DNA of 64,000 nt from Torpedo marmorata (taxonomy: Eukaryota), in NCBI GenBank assembly GCA_977017645.1, contig OZ360225.1, positions 66,340,001-66,404,000 of the forward strand, written 5' to 3'. The position numbers were made by a program, and so were the translations under genes. A model generated the notes under the pieces. It had not been told where the DNA came from. It did not search any database and saw only the letters and a list, made by a program, of their open reading frames with translations. Positions 1 to 11,571 of this stretch are shown in pieces (position 1 is the stretch's first letter; each line of letters begins with the position of its first letter).

Positions 1-779
1 ATTTTATTCAATATTTGCTCCCTACTTAAATATTTCTTGGTTGCCAAATCAGAATATAAAATACTGTATATTTGCAGGCATGTGCTTGCTCACAACACTT
101 GTAGAGTCTCCACCTCTCTTTATTTTCTAGCCTTTCTTTTTCTCCAATTATAACCCACCACCAGATTTTCATCAGCCATCTCCATGTCTCCAAATGGCTT
201 TTCAGTGTCAGTCCTGTCAGGAAATTAACTCATCACAGTGTGGCAGCTGCTAATTTTTTCTCCTTTCATGTCAGATGAATTGTCTACCGACGCTAATAAT
301 GAATCACCAATCCCTGATTAGGTGCTTCAGAAAGGCAAAACTGCCATCTGAGCTTTATTTTAAAAATATAAAAAAATATCATCCCTAGAGAGTTTAAAAT
401 GGATTGTATTCCCTTCAACACATTCAAACAATGATCGGCTGCTTGAGTGAGCTGTGTTCTATTTTAAATTACAGGCTAACATTACAACCTGCAGCTGAAT
501 TTCTCTCGTCTTTTAGCTACCTGCTCCTGTCAAAGATTAAACCCATTGCAGTTTATTTCATGTTCAGTTTCTCCTACCTTGTGTGTGCATCCTTTGTTCT
601 CAAGCATCTTCTCTTCTCTCACAGCTCATCACGTTTCCAATCCAACATGCTGATTAGACACGGGGCTTAAGGATCAAATGCAAACCTAGGCATGGTTACT
701 ATTCGCTAACCAGAAAAAGTAAACAGCTGGGTGTCAATATCAGGGTTCAGCTTCTCACAGGCAAGGTTAAGTGCAAGTC

Positions 780-1450
780 CTTGCAATCACAAAAAAGGCA
801 ACAGTCAGGTGCAGCTTGGAGTTGAGCAGACCAGCATATTGGGCATTTATTGCAAAGTTTGGAGTGTAGAAATACCGATAGTTAAGTTTGTAACAATTGT
901 ACGGGATGTTGGTGAGGCCACACCTAGAGTACTGTGCAATTTTGGTCCCCTTACTTCAGAAAGGATATGGCAGCATTGGAAGCAGTCTAAAAGAGATCCA
1001 CCAGGCTAATTCCTGGGATGAGGGAATTGTCCCATCAAGAGAAGCTAGTCAGCGTCTGTTTTCCTTGGAGTTTAGAAGGGGAAGGGGGATATTATTGAAC
1101 CTTATAAGATCCAAAGGGGTAGATGTTGAGATGTGTTCACTAGTGGGAGAGTCTCTAAGCAGGGAACATGGTTACGAGATTAGTGGCCGGTTATTTAAAA
1201 GTAACATGGTAACCATTTCTTCTCGCAAAATGTGGTGAATTTCTGGAGTTCTCTACCCCAGAGGTGTGGGGAGGCTGTCATTGGAGGTGGAGTTAGATCA
1301 ATTTTTGAAAGATTAGGGAAATTAAGGATGTGGGAATTTGTCGCAGAAGAGATGTTGATGACCTGGGGTAAATCAGCCATCATAATATTGAATGGCAGAG
1401 TAGACTTGACCGTAGCCTACTTCTGGTTGCATTGTCCTGTCTTCTTGTTC
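780..1450 (+). mobile_element. Degenerate CR1-type LINE 3' fragment
   Basis: ORF 897-1238 contains LVRPHLEYC (CR1 ORF2 C-terminal motif); followed by CR1-like 3' UTR (aatcagccatcataatattgaatggcagag). Boundaries approximate. Confidence 0.75.
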
Positions 1451-1797
1451 CTGTTACACTTCTTCAGCCTGATGTCAACAACGTCAAGGAAAAACTTTTG
1501 GAAAAATGCAACTTTGAGCAGAAGAGAAACAATGATAAAGACTCAAGGGTACGTGACAATTTTTGGTTTTATTGGACTTTTATTTGTTTACTGGCACAGC
1601 ATTGGTGAATGGTCACCTTTCCATCTGCCTATGCTCACTGGTGTTGAAAAATTAGAGCTCCAATAACTGGATTTTGGGTTGGAACTGTTGCCAAGAAGAG
1701 AAATGATGAGCAATAGGTGTGAATACTGGAAGAACACAAAATGCTGGAGAAGCTCAGCAGGTCAAACAGTGTCTTTTATGTAGCAAAGGTAAAAATA

Positions 1798-1838
1798 CAT
1801 AACCGACGTTTCGGGCCTGAGCCCTTCATCAAGGTATG
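1798..1838 (-). ncRNA. Minimal type-I hammerhead ribozyme motif (PLE-associated)
   Basis: Minus strand reads cauacc-UUGAUGA-a-gggc-ucag-gccc-GAAAC-GUC-gguuaug: core with U at position 3, 4-bp stem II, GAAA, palindromic ACGU stem III, GUC cleavage triplet, stem I cauacc/ggu(u)aug. Confidence 0.75.
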
Positions 1839-2338
1839 AGAATGCCGGCAGGCTTCCGAACAAAAAAGTAGGGGGGGGTGTGGCAAAGGCAGGAGATGAT
1901 AGGTGGAGAAAGGAGGGGGGGGACAGCAGCAATGAGGGGGAGGAGGGATGGCTGGGTGGGTAAGGGGGAAGGGAGGGGAGAACTGGAAAGACAGGAAAGG
2001 GGGAGGGGAAAGAAAAGGCGAGCAAGTTTAGCAGAAAGCAGAGAAGTCAATGTTAATGCCATCTGGCTAGAGAGTACCTTTTTTTCTGTTTGGGCACTGT
2101 CCAGCCAGATGGCATTAACATTGACTTCTCTGCTTTCTGCTAAACTTCCTCGCCTTTTCTTTCCCCTCCCCCTTTCCTGTCTTTCCAGTTCTCCCCTCCC
2201 TTCCCCCTTACCCACCCAGCCATCCCTCCTCCCCCTCATTGCTGCTGTCCCCTCCCTCCTTTCTCCACCTATCATCTCCTGCCTTTGCCACACCCCTCCC
2301 CCACTACCTTTTTGTTCGGACGCCTGCCGGCATTTTCT

Positions 2339-2379
2339 CATACTTTGATGAAGGGCTCAAGCCCGAAACGTCGATTATG
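2339..2379 (+). ncRNA. Minimal hammerhead ribozyme motif (PLE-associated)
   Basis: catact-ttgatga-a-gggc-tcaa-gccc-gaaac-gtc-gattatg. Confidence 0.7.
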
Positions 2380-3094
2380 TATCTTTACCGTTGCTACATA
2401 AAGGACACTGTTTGACCTGCTGAGCTTCTCCAGTATTTTGTGTTTTTACTTCAACCACGGTGTCTACAGATTTTCGTGATTTACTTCTGAATACTGGAAG
2501 AGTTCTCTGATGAGATGAAGTGAACTGAACTGAATTGTTCATTTGCATGTGTACCGAGATACGATGAAGAATTTTGTTTTGTGCCTATCCAGTTAAAGCA
2601 ATCTATCCTTGAGTACAACAGGCAGTACAAAATTTTTAAAAACGGGTTCAAATAAAAACAGTGCAAGGCAAGGGCAGCATAATTTTACCAATGAGAGGTC
2701 AGAAAACAGAAGGATGGGGAAAAGAGGCAATCAACCTACCCACACAAGATTCACCTTTCAGTGTACAAAATGATGTTGTTGTCCTTAGACTCTTCCATTT
2801 ACTAACACGATGAATTTTGTTGCAATAAAAACAGCAAGGGTATAATAGGTGCTGTTATTATGGGGCTTATTGGACACTACCTATTGTGAACCATGTGGAC
2901 TTTATCTGTGGGAGACTTTCTGCTTCTTTACAGTCCTCACGAATGGATTTAATGCCAAAATGAACACAACAGGTGAACTTGGAGAACTTGTTGACCAGAG
3001 CTAAACTAAAGATAGCAGAAAAAGTTAGGGCCGATGCAGTCAGTTCCTTGTTGGGCACATGGTGTGATATGGAAGGCTGCAGAAAGTGGCAAAG

Positions 3095-3535
3095 ATAGTC
3101 AAGTCCATCAACGACACCTACCTTCCATTCATTGGTTAAGAAGGCAGTCAATATCATAAAGGATCCCCATCACCCTGGTCACAAACTCTTCTTGCTGCTA
3201 CCTTCAGGAAGAAGGTGCAAAAGCCTGAAGACCAGCACCTCTAGGTTCAAGAACATTTTTCTCCAACAAGTATCAGGCTCTTGAACCTCACTGAACTACT
3301 TTAACCATGAAATACTCCTGGACTACCTATCTGCACTATTGAAACATCACTTTTTTTGCACTAACTTCAACTATGAATATTTATTTATCTTTTTATATTT
3401 ATTAGCTGTTTTTCTGTCTCATGGCACATTATGGGAATTTAATTTATACTATTGTTGTTGGTACCTGTGTGGTTGCAGCAAGCAAGAGTTTCAGTACATC
3501 TGTACAATATGTAAAATAAACTCTCGTTTCATCAT
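3095..3535 (+). mobile_element. Rex-Babar LINE 3' fragment
   Basis: Encodes degenerate KDPHHPGHKLFLLLPSGRRCKSLKTSTSRFKN..IRLLN, the same C-terminal motif as the long element at 26352-31212; AT-rich 3' UTR with aataaa. Confidence 0.7.
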
Positions 3536-3879
3536 ATTACCATGGTACCTTGCTTACCTTTAAAAAAAAACTGTGGAGTCTCTTGCCCTCAGAAAAGAAT
3601 TAGTGCTGAAAATTTAGAGACAAGTTATAAAATTGATAAAACTCCAATGACCTGCTATTTGGAAGTCCAAAGGATTCGGTGCTGATCCCCACACCCCTTT
3701 GAAACTGATCTAGTTCTGTTTCCCGCACTCCATTGACACACACCAGACACCCATTTCGATGTGCACCTGACTCTCACTGAGTACTGTTTCCCATACTCCA
3801 TTTAAACTTATCAGGGTTTTGTAAAAAATATTGTACTAATATGTATCATTTACAAAATAAATGCAAATTTAAAGGCTGC

Positions 3880-3975
3880 AAAAAACGAGTTGCTGGAGGG
3901 ACGTAGTGAGTCAGGCAGCATCCGTGAAGGGAAATGGAGAGTTGACGTTTTGGGTTGAGACTCTTCATCAAGACC
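3880..3975 (-). mobile_element. Old PLE terminal remnant with decayed hammerhead motif
   Basis: Minus strand: cttgatgaagagtctcaacccaaaacgtcaac...gatgctgcctgactcactacgtccctccagca; same layout as the younger PLE ends, GAAA decayed to AAAA. Confidence 0.65.
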
Positions 3976-4209
3976 AATTTAAAGGTGGTTGGAGTATTAA
4001 TTAGAACAACATTTAACTGTCTAGAAAACCATACAACCCAACACCACCTGGTTGGGTCAGGAGTAAGGGATGGAAGAACAAGAACTATTCTCTTCCCCAG
4101 ATCTTTGCGATGGTGAAGAAGATTAATGGAAATTCTACCAGGGATACAAACCTTGAATTTTGAACAACAGTTGTATTATTAATGATCAATAACTTGTGCA
4201 AAGGGTTTC

Positions 4210-4590
4210 TTCTTATAAAGGACACTGCATTTCTATAGCACCTTTCATAACCTCAGGATGTTCCAAACACTTCACAGCCAATTAAGTACTGCTTGTAGGA
4301 AATGTGGCCACCAGGACAGGTATAATAAAATCCAACAATTAGTAACAAGAGTACTAACAACTAATAAAGAGAAAATCTGTTTGAGTGTTGTTGGTTTTGG
4401 AATAAATGATGGCGAAAACATTAGGAGAGTCTTGTCGCTCTGCTGTGGAATCTAACACAAGCACCTGGCTCAAGTTAGCATTTCGCCCATCAGACCGAAT
4501 TCAGAATGATAACCTGGATTTTGTGCTCAAGTGTCCGGACTGTGACTTGAACCCAAAACCAAAAATGAGAATGTTACCTGCTGAGTAACA
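4210..4590 (-). mobile_element. Ancient DeuSINE-like (SacSINE1/AmnSINE1-related) remnant
   Basis: tgcatttctatagcacctttcataacctcaggatgttccaaacacttcacagccaattaagtact resembles the reverse complement of DeuSINE tail/Deu domain; a similar block occurs at ~50200-50370 and ~60190-60500. Recognised from memory, not aligned. Confidence 0.5.
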
Positions 4591-6868
4591 AAGCCTGTTC
4601 TTGTATGTCCAGCTGTTCATAAGATGCCCAGTCACTCCCAAGGAACATAAGCCTCTTGGGTTTCTGTGGGACAGTATCAGTGCTTTTAATTTGACAGGAG
4701 ACTTTGTTTTCGGGTTCCTTCTCCACTACAGCTGATGTTGACTCCCTCTGTTGGTACAGGATGCCATATCAGATGTCTCATTGCAGTGCTTATAAAATTC
4801 ATTGGTAGTTCACTGTTTCTTTGGGTTTTCTGAAATGGACGATGTTACAACACTTTTTTTTATTTGGACTAAACATACTGAAGTTTCGATTAACCTTTAA
4901 GTAAACAAACATATTGAAATAAACAATCAAGCACAACAGCAAAAAGAATATCATGGAGCAGAAAAACACAGAACGTGAACTCAGAAGACTGACTAAAAAG
5001 GGAAAATCAAGAAAGAAATCGGAGGGAAAGAAAGAGAAGAAAGGAGCGAGTCGTCAAGAGCAAAAGAAACGAGAAGAGGAAGATTCAAAATGTACAGCTT
5101 GCCAAGTCTCGAGAACTGTCGATCCCAATCGCCTTTGCTTGTTTTAATTCTAATGACTTGCTGCGGGAGTGTCAGAGACACATTTAGGCACCAAGGCTGA
5201 TCAGAGCAAATGAAGAGGAAGACTAGGAAGTCACAACGCTCTCTCTCCGATCTTCACTACTTTTTTGCTTTTTAGTTCCTGCTTTCAATGTGTTGTCACT
5301 GTTGTAGAGCAGGTAACACAACAATTACGTTATGGGTTAGCAAGCTGCAATGTTTGGGGCAATGATCATGTCACTTACTTTTAGTGGTAATGGGCAAGGG
5401 CCAGGGCAATAGCTCCTTTGTTCTTTCCTTGGGATCACAGTGGACGGATAGGTTCTCACTTCAACGTCCCACTTCAAAGACTGTCAGCCCAGAGCTCCAT
5501 CATTAATGGTACTGCAAGGGCCTGCACGCATTTCTGTGTGTAATGTTTCACTGTAGACTGATAACATATAGGCTATGCCACTTTCATAAAGTAGCTGTGT
5601 TGAAGGACAACACCGAGAGCTTAGCGCACTGTTAAGCTCCTTGAACTTCCTGAAGTGCAGCTGCATTCTTGGCATGACACTGTCTCCTGTGGTCAGCTGA
5701 CCTAGAGAGAATACCCCTCCAAACCTGCATTTCAGTTATAAATAATGTGCTTGTCTGATTCAGAACTGTTTGCTGCTCCTTCTGTTTCAGCAACTTATCT
5801 GGTCCCTCTTTGCCCTCTCAAGTAATAACAAAATATCTATTATTTTCCATGCTTGTTTGTTTGCAATTACTCCCAATCTTCTACCATGCAATTGTGGGAC
5901 ATCTTGGCAATACATACGAGTATTCCTGTATAAATGTTCAACTCAGTACTACAGATAGTTTTCCAGAGAGAGGAACCTACACAGTTCCAGTGCATTCAAG
6001 ATTAAAAATAGGCAATAGATGTACAGTTATAATCTTCACTAAATAAAGGCTCTGGCAAAGTATTTCAGACAAATCACTGCAAAACTTGCAATGTAATCCA
6101 AGGATAATGAACAATTAGAATGGCATTTCATGGCTTGATGGACATGAGTTGAACAGTAACAACTGAACCAAAAGTACTCTAACAGCAGCATGCAACCTAT
6201 GTTGCTGCTTGAAAAGCTCACCTGATTCAATCCATTTCCTTTCATGTGTCCATGAATCTAGATTTAAGCTGGCATTCTTTCCTCCACTAAGCACTCAATG
6301 CCCAGATTTCGCAGTTAACCTTTGTGTTTCTGTGCATCATTCTCAGTGCAACCAAGTCCTGATTTGCAATGCACGGAACAAGTACAGCAGCTGTCGGGTA
6401 ATGTGGACACTGTAGCTGGTGGTCACTTTATTCTCTTCACTGCCTCACTTCCGTCTGAATGTTACTCTTTGTAAAGGATGCGATTAATATTTCTGCAAGA
6501 ATGAAATGCCAAGGATTTTGCAGATGCACAAAATCAAGTACATTTGAACCGATTAAATTGTTAAGAACATATAAAATAATATTTATATGCATTTGACAGA
6601 CTTAGGAGTGTATTGGTTGCTGCTCTGTGTGTAAAACACATCATGTAATTATATTGTTATTCACTAATTGTACATTAAAACAGGGCTTATTTTCATAATT
6701 GGTAAACATATGAATCATTTAGAATACTGGGTTCCAGCCAAGCACTTACGGTAATTCTCTTTCTTTAAAAAGTTTAGTAAATTTTGCTTAATTACTTGTA
6801 GTCATGAAAATGCAAGTAGAATCTACGAATTATCTAAATGTCTTTCTTCTTCTCTTTAACCAGAACTG

Positions 6869-6874
6869 TTTATT
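6869..6874 (-). promoter_or_regulatory. Candidate polyadenylation signal (AATAAA) for ZNF407
   Basis: tttatt on + strand about 1.2 kb downstream of the stop; alternative AATAAA at 6966-6971. The interval 6870-8049 looks TE-free like a 3' UTR. Confidence 0.45.
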
Positions 6875-8049
6875 GGAACAAGCGCTCAACAAAAGAAAAA
6901 CACAAACTTTTCTTTTTTTCCAAAGCCATGTTAAGATTGTCAAGTAGAAAAGCATACATTATTGTTTTATTTCGCATCGATTGTACAGTTAAACAGGCCA
7001 CTTGAGCTTGGTAAAGCTGTTCTTCCATTTCATTTGAAATGTTTCTTCCTTTGACATTCCCTGCCCGCTCTGTTCCCACTTTCCCAAAAAAGTAAAGCAA
7101 AAGAAAACAAGCAACAAGTTCAATGCATTCTTCAGAATTTATGTTTGGGGAGAAAAATCAGTATTTGAATAACCATAATAAATAGCTAACTACATGGTGG
7201 CTGGCTAAGTACAACTTGCTTGAACTTATTTCTCTCCCCGCATCCTTGACAGAAGACAAAGGTAAGTCAGGCAAATGCAAGGAATACAATTCTCCCCTCT
7301 CTCACCCATCCTGACCCTTTGTTTAGTTTACTGGCTGGAATTTGGTTCAGACCCTGCTCTTGCTGGGAAGAAGGAAGGTAATTAAAGAAATCTGAGGCAA
7401 TTAATGCTTTGTACCAAAGTTCTGAGGGAATTCATACTCAGGAATTTCAGTGCTCAAATCGGGAAATAAACATAGATTGACTGAGTCACCCAATTAAATG
7501 ATGCATCACTCAAATGCATTTCTAAAGCATGTTTCTTTCTCACCACCTTTGGTCCCTCTACATCCACATCACTCCCTGAGACTGAGTTGATCTCACCATT
7601 TCCATCCCCCACGCCCCCCTGCCAAAAGACAAAGACTGTTCTTGCGCTATTGCCAAAGTTCCCCTCATTTCTCATCCACAACCCTTCACCTCCTCATTCT
7701 GTGTCATTCCTTGGATCTTTTCCCCTTTAGTGACAGCTGGGATGAGTAAATCTGCACAATGGAAATCCTGAAAGTATGTGGTTAAGCGCAGGTTGACTTA
7801 CACACTCCTGTTCTGCCATCAAAGGCATCTTGCATTCAATTGACCTGTGGAGCTGTATTGTCACAGACAGTGAATTTTTAAAAAAATCCTTTGTTCCAAT
7901 GGAGTCACAATAATAAATTGTGCCTCGTTCAATGACCTAGTGGGTACTGCATGACCAATCAATGTTCCATAACCAGATTCCCAATTGCAGATATGCATCA
8001 CACTGAACATCGCCTCTTTTGACAAATCGTCCTCCCCTACCGATGGCGA

Positions 8050-9419
8050 TCATGCCTCCTGGTTCCCGCCCACTTCCATTTCTTGTTCCTCTTCCGCCGG
8101 CAATTCTGTCATAACTATTTCTGACCTGCCCTCAGTGTAGCACTCTTTCAATGCAATGGTTGTCACTGGCTGACCAAGTGATGAGATGCCCTCAGTCATC
8201 AGCTCCATCACGCTGTGTGGATAAACCTCTGTCACTGCCCGGGTGTCCACACCATTCGCCATGGCATGTGGCAGCTCCGTAACAATAACATGTGTCGCTT
8301 CCTCGGACATCTGGGCAGTGGCCTCTTGAACCATGGCTTGGGCAATTTCCTCTGTGACTATTAACTGCGATATACCACCATTGGAGTCTATCAGCTGCAC
8401 AGGGTGGCCACTAGTGGTTATAGTTTGCTCATCACCCTCCTGCATGATGATCTGGGATGCTCCCTCCACCACATGAGCAGCCCCTTCCTCAGTCACGATG
8501 ACCTGTGTGATGCCATCTTTCACGATTTGGCTCGCTGTCCTTATATCGCACATAGTAAATTGCAGGACCTCCTGAACCATGTCACTGAGAGTCACTGGAG
8601 GTGCAGATTGTGCTGTGATAACAGTGGAGGGCTGCTTGATGTCTGTCATCACTTCTACTGGCTTTGTGGCTTCATCGGCAGCTTGCTCTTTGTGGGGAAG
8701 CTGCGCAACTGCCCCCAGCAGTTCACTTGGGACCGACGCAACCTCCTCCGTGGCAGACATTGTGGCGCAGGTCTCCGTCTGGATGGGCTCGCGAGCTCCT
8801 TGATTGGCTGACCTTACCTCCACTGCGCCCAACTCTGTGATGGCACACAGGAGTGCATCCAGTGCTGTGGGTGTGTCTGTTGGTTGCCCGGCCGACTCCT
8901 CCTGCGTCACCACCTGCTCAACGACATGACCGGGATCAGCAAGGGCTTCCATGGCCATGGCAGCTTCCCCAGCATCCCCTCCTCCAACCGGGCTCTCTAC
9001 CACGACCACCTGTGTGGCGCCCGATGCCAGGTGCCTTGACAGAATCTGTCCAGGCGTCATGCCACCTGCATGGGAGCTGCTTTGCGCTGTGGCAATAAGT
9101 TGACCATCTTCGGTGATGTGGACCACTTCTGTCAATTGGGCCATCTGACCTGCCATAGCCAGGGTCTGTAGGGTCGCAGCTGCAGTAGCTTCCACTGAGG
9201 CATCAATGGGGACAGCGTCTCCGTAGCCATCTTGATAGCCTTGAATGATGATCACTTGGCCAATGGGCTCAGTTGCTTCCTGCTGAACGCAGCAGTTGAC
9301 AGAGTCACCCATAACTTCAGTGGTCTCTGCGCTTGGGAGTGTGTTGAACGGAACGGTTGTTTCCACGAATTGTGCCCCTTGTCCTTTCAAACGACACTCG
9401 TATGCTTTGGAAACTATAC
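8050..9419 (-). CDS. ZNF407: Zinc finger protein 407, last coding exon (acidic, Q/V/T/E-rich C-terminal region)
   Basis: Translation (G)IVSKAYECRLKGQGAQFVET...QVIIIQGY...TAAATLQTLAMAGQ...VVHITEDGQLIAT...ALDALLCAITELG...VKDGITQVIVTEEG...ISQLIVTEE...QEA* matches the motifs I recall from the ZNF407 C-terminus; TGA at 8050-8052; the TTG start used by the ORF track is not the real start. Confidence 0.93.
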
Positions 9420-9440
9420 CTGGAATTTAGGAGGAAAACA
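9420..9440 (-). promoter_or_regulatory. ZNF407: Splice acceptor (phase 1) of the ZNF407 terminal exon
   Basis: Minus strand tgttttcctcctaaattccag|GTATAGTT; pyrimidine tract plus CAG; an in-frame stop lies just upstream. Confidence 0.88.
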
Positions 9441-9713
9441 GATTATCAGTAATGTTTGAAGGCTCTGAAAAGCAAAATTACTTTATCCAATACTAATCCC
9501 ACACTGTAAGTAATACATTTTTGATGCAATTATGGATGCACTGACCCATAAAAAAAACCTTCCATCCCCAACCAATAGACATAAGATTGTTCATGTAGAT
9601 CTGTTTTATACTTCATTACTACAAAGCTCAATTAATGCATGAGAATAGGTTTTCTGACTGCAGGGAACCCACTCTCCCTTCTGAGTCAAACAGTTGTGGA
9701 ATCTAAAGAATTA

Positions 9714-11571
9714 CTGTATATTTCGGCGTATAAGTCAAGTCTTGAAACCCTCAAAAATCTCTCAAAAAACGGGGGTCAACTTATACGCCGGATATACTTT
9801 TGAGACCTTAAAATCAGCTCAAAAACCACTCCACGCCGATTCGGCGTAAAAGTTGACCCTTGAAAACCCGATTCGGCGTATAAGTTGACCCTTGAAAACC
9901 CGATTGGGCGTATAAGTCGACCCTTGAAAAACCAAAAAAAAACCCGACTGCAACAAAGTTTCATTGACATTTTTATTGAAAACTACAAGACATTTAGAAC
10001 CCTTTAAAATCACTTTCGCTATCATCGTCTGAGGCAAAGATCTCGGCAAGCACATCTGGGGTCTCACTGTTTAAACAGTCATCGTACGGGTCCCAGTCTG
10101 TATCTGATGAGGCGGCTTCAGCTTCGTGGTCAGTGTCCCACAATAAATCATCTTCCGTACCATCAATTGCACAAGAGATACCGCACTTTTTAAACAATTT
10201 TATTACAGTCTCTACTTTCACTTTGTCCCATGCCTTGAGCACGAAGTCACACAGCACATCAAGTGATGCAGCACGCATTGCCCCGCCTTTTGTAAATGAT
10301 TTTTCTGCACTCGACATCCATGTATTCCACTCTTCACGCACATGGTCTTTGAATGACTTGTTCAAGCAGACATCGAGAGGTTGCAATATAGACGTCAAAC
10401 CACCCGGGATAACCGCCATGTAAGTATTATGTTGTGCTAATCTACTTTTAGTGTTCTCAGTTAAGTGGCTACGAAACATATCCCAGACCAGCAAACTCCG
10501 TTCCTTGCGTAAACCGCCTGGACGCCTGTTCCACACATTGTCTATCCATAGTTTTATACCATTTTCATCCATCCATCCTTTTTCATGAAAATGTACAAAA
10601 ATACCCGCAGGGAATTTTATTTTAGGTTTAAATTTACGTTTGAAGATTACCATGGGTCTTAACTTTGTCCCGTCGGACGTGCACGATAACACCACGTTCT
10701 TTCATGGCCTGTACTCCTGGTTTGCACAGTTTTCACACCTTTCCATTCCACTGTTCTATTGCCTATCATGTCAAAATTCATGGGGGTTTCGTCCATGTTT
10801 CCAATATTTGCCAATGCAAACTGGTGTTTCTGCCGGTTCCGTAAAATAAACTGGTGAAAACTTACAACTTTATGATCAAGAACTTTTGGTAGTTTCTGAG
10901 CAATTTTTGTTTTTTGTCGTAATACCAGATTTTTCCTGTTCATGAAACGGTTGCACCAGCCTACTGTAGCTTCAAAATCATTACTGAGTTCTGGGTGCGA
11001 CTTTGCCCACTTCAGTGCAAATGTTCTTATTTTATTTCGGGTGACTATGTAGCAATCTTGCCTCTGTTCACGTACCCATGCTGCGACATGATTTTCCAAC
11101 TCTGGCCAACGAATGATTCCTCTTCTCATCGAACATTGCCTTTTTGGTATTTTTCTTAAAGTATCTTCTTTCTTCCTCCAATCTCTTACCAACTTCTCGT
11201 ATATATCAAATTTTCTTGCAGCAGCACAGTTGTTGGTTTTCTTGGCCATTTCTATCACTTTTAATTTAAAACTCGCCTCATACTTTCGTCGTTTCAATTG
11301 AGCCTCCATGATAACAATCACCTCCAGCCAACGCCCAGCAGCTCAATCAGCGCGATCGTTGTGGGTCGACTTATACGCCGGTCAACGCCCAGCAGCTCAA
11401 TCATCGTGATTTTTGGGGGTCGACTTATACGCCGGTCAACGCTCAGCATCTCAGGCATCGCGATTTTTGGGGGTCGACTTATACGCCGGATATACAATAA
11501 AACCATTAAAATGAGGCTGAAAAAGGGGGGTCGACTTATCTGCGAGTCGACTTATATGCCGAAATATACGG
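9714..11571 (-). mobile_element. pogo-superfamily DNA transposon (POGK/Passer-like, DD35D), copy 1, frameshifted
   Basis: TIRs ctgtatatttcggcgtataagtc ... gacttatatgccgaaatatacgg; TA on both sides (9712-13, 11572-73); arrays of subterminal repeats; near-identical to 37959-39825. Confidence 0.93.
9994..11309 (-). pseudogene. Transposase pseudogene (split ORFs 10659-11321 and 9994-10695)
   Basis: Relative to copy 2 a 10-bp deletion near 10695 (caccacg|ttctttc versus caccacggtaaacctggtcctttc) shifts the frame between the first and second catalytic Asp. Confidence 0.9.

Larger units (their letters stand above)
1734..2487. mobile_element. Penelope-like element, short head-to-head palindromic insertion (two 3' ends facing outward)
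   Basis: 1734-2078 is the reverse complement of ~2079-2445; arms match the 3' end of the PLE ORF (QPDGINIDFS) plus 3' UTR; 14-bp direct repeat tgaatactggaaga at 1720-1733 and 2488-2501 (TSD). Confidence 0.9.

Noticed and set aside
1762-2348. Overlapping Pro/Ser-rich and Gly/Arg-rich ORFs on both strands
   Set aside because: Artefacts of the polypurine/polypyrimidine PLE 3' UTR palindrome; same at 26594-26884, 27959-28339, 51014-51394.
2507-2530. Canonical CTGATGA next to the PLE TSD (and at ~36540)
   Set aside because: No stem II or GAAA..UH downstream; not a hammerhead.
4940-5150. Lys/Glu-rich 64-aa ORF
   Set aside because: Purine-rich low complexity, no splice or homology support.
8404-9459. 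Plus-strand ORFs over the ZNF407 exon
   Set aside because: Antisense shadow frames of a GC-richer coding exon.
9838-9930. CRISPR-like appearance of regularly spaced ~18-bp motifs (also 11363-11490 and in copy 2)
   Set aside because: Spacers are near-identical, the arrays are subterminal parts of a TA-flanked pogo transposon, no cas genes, eukaryotic context.
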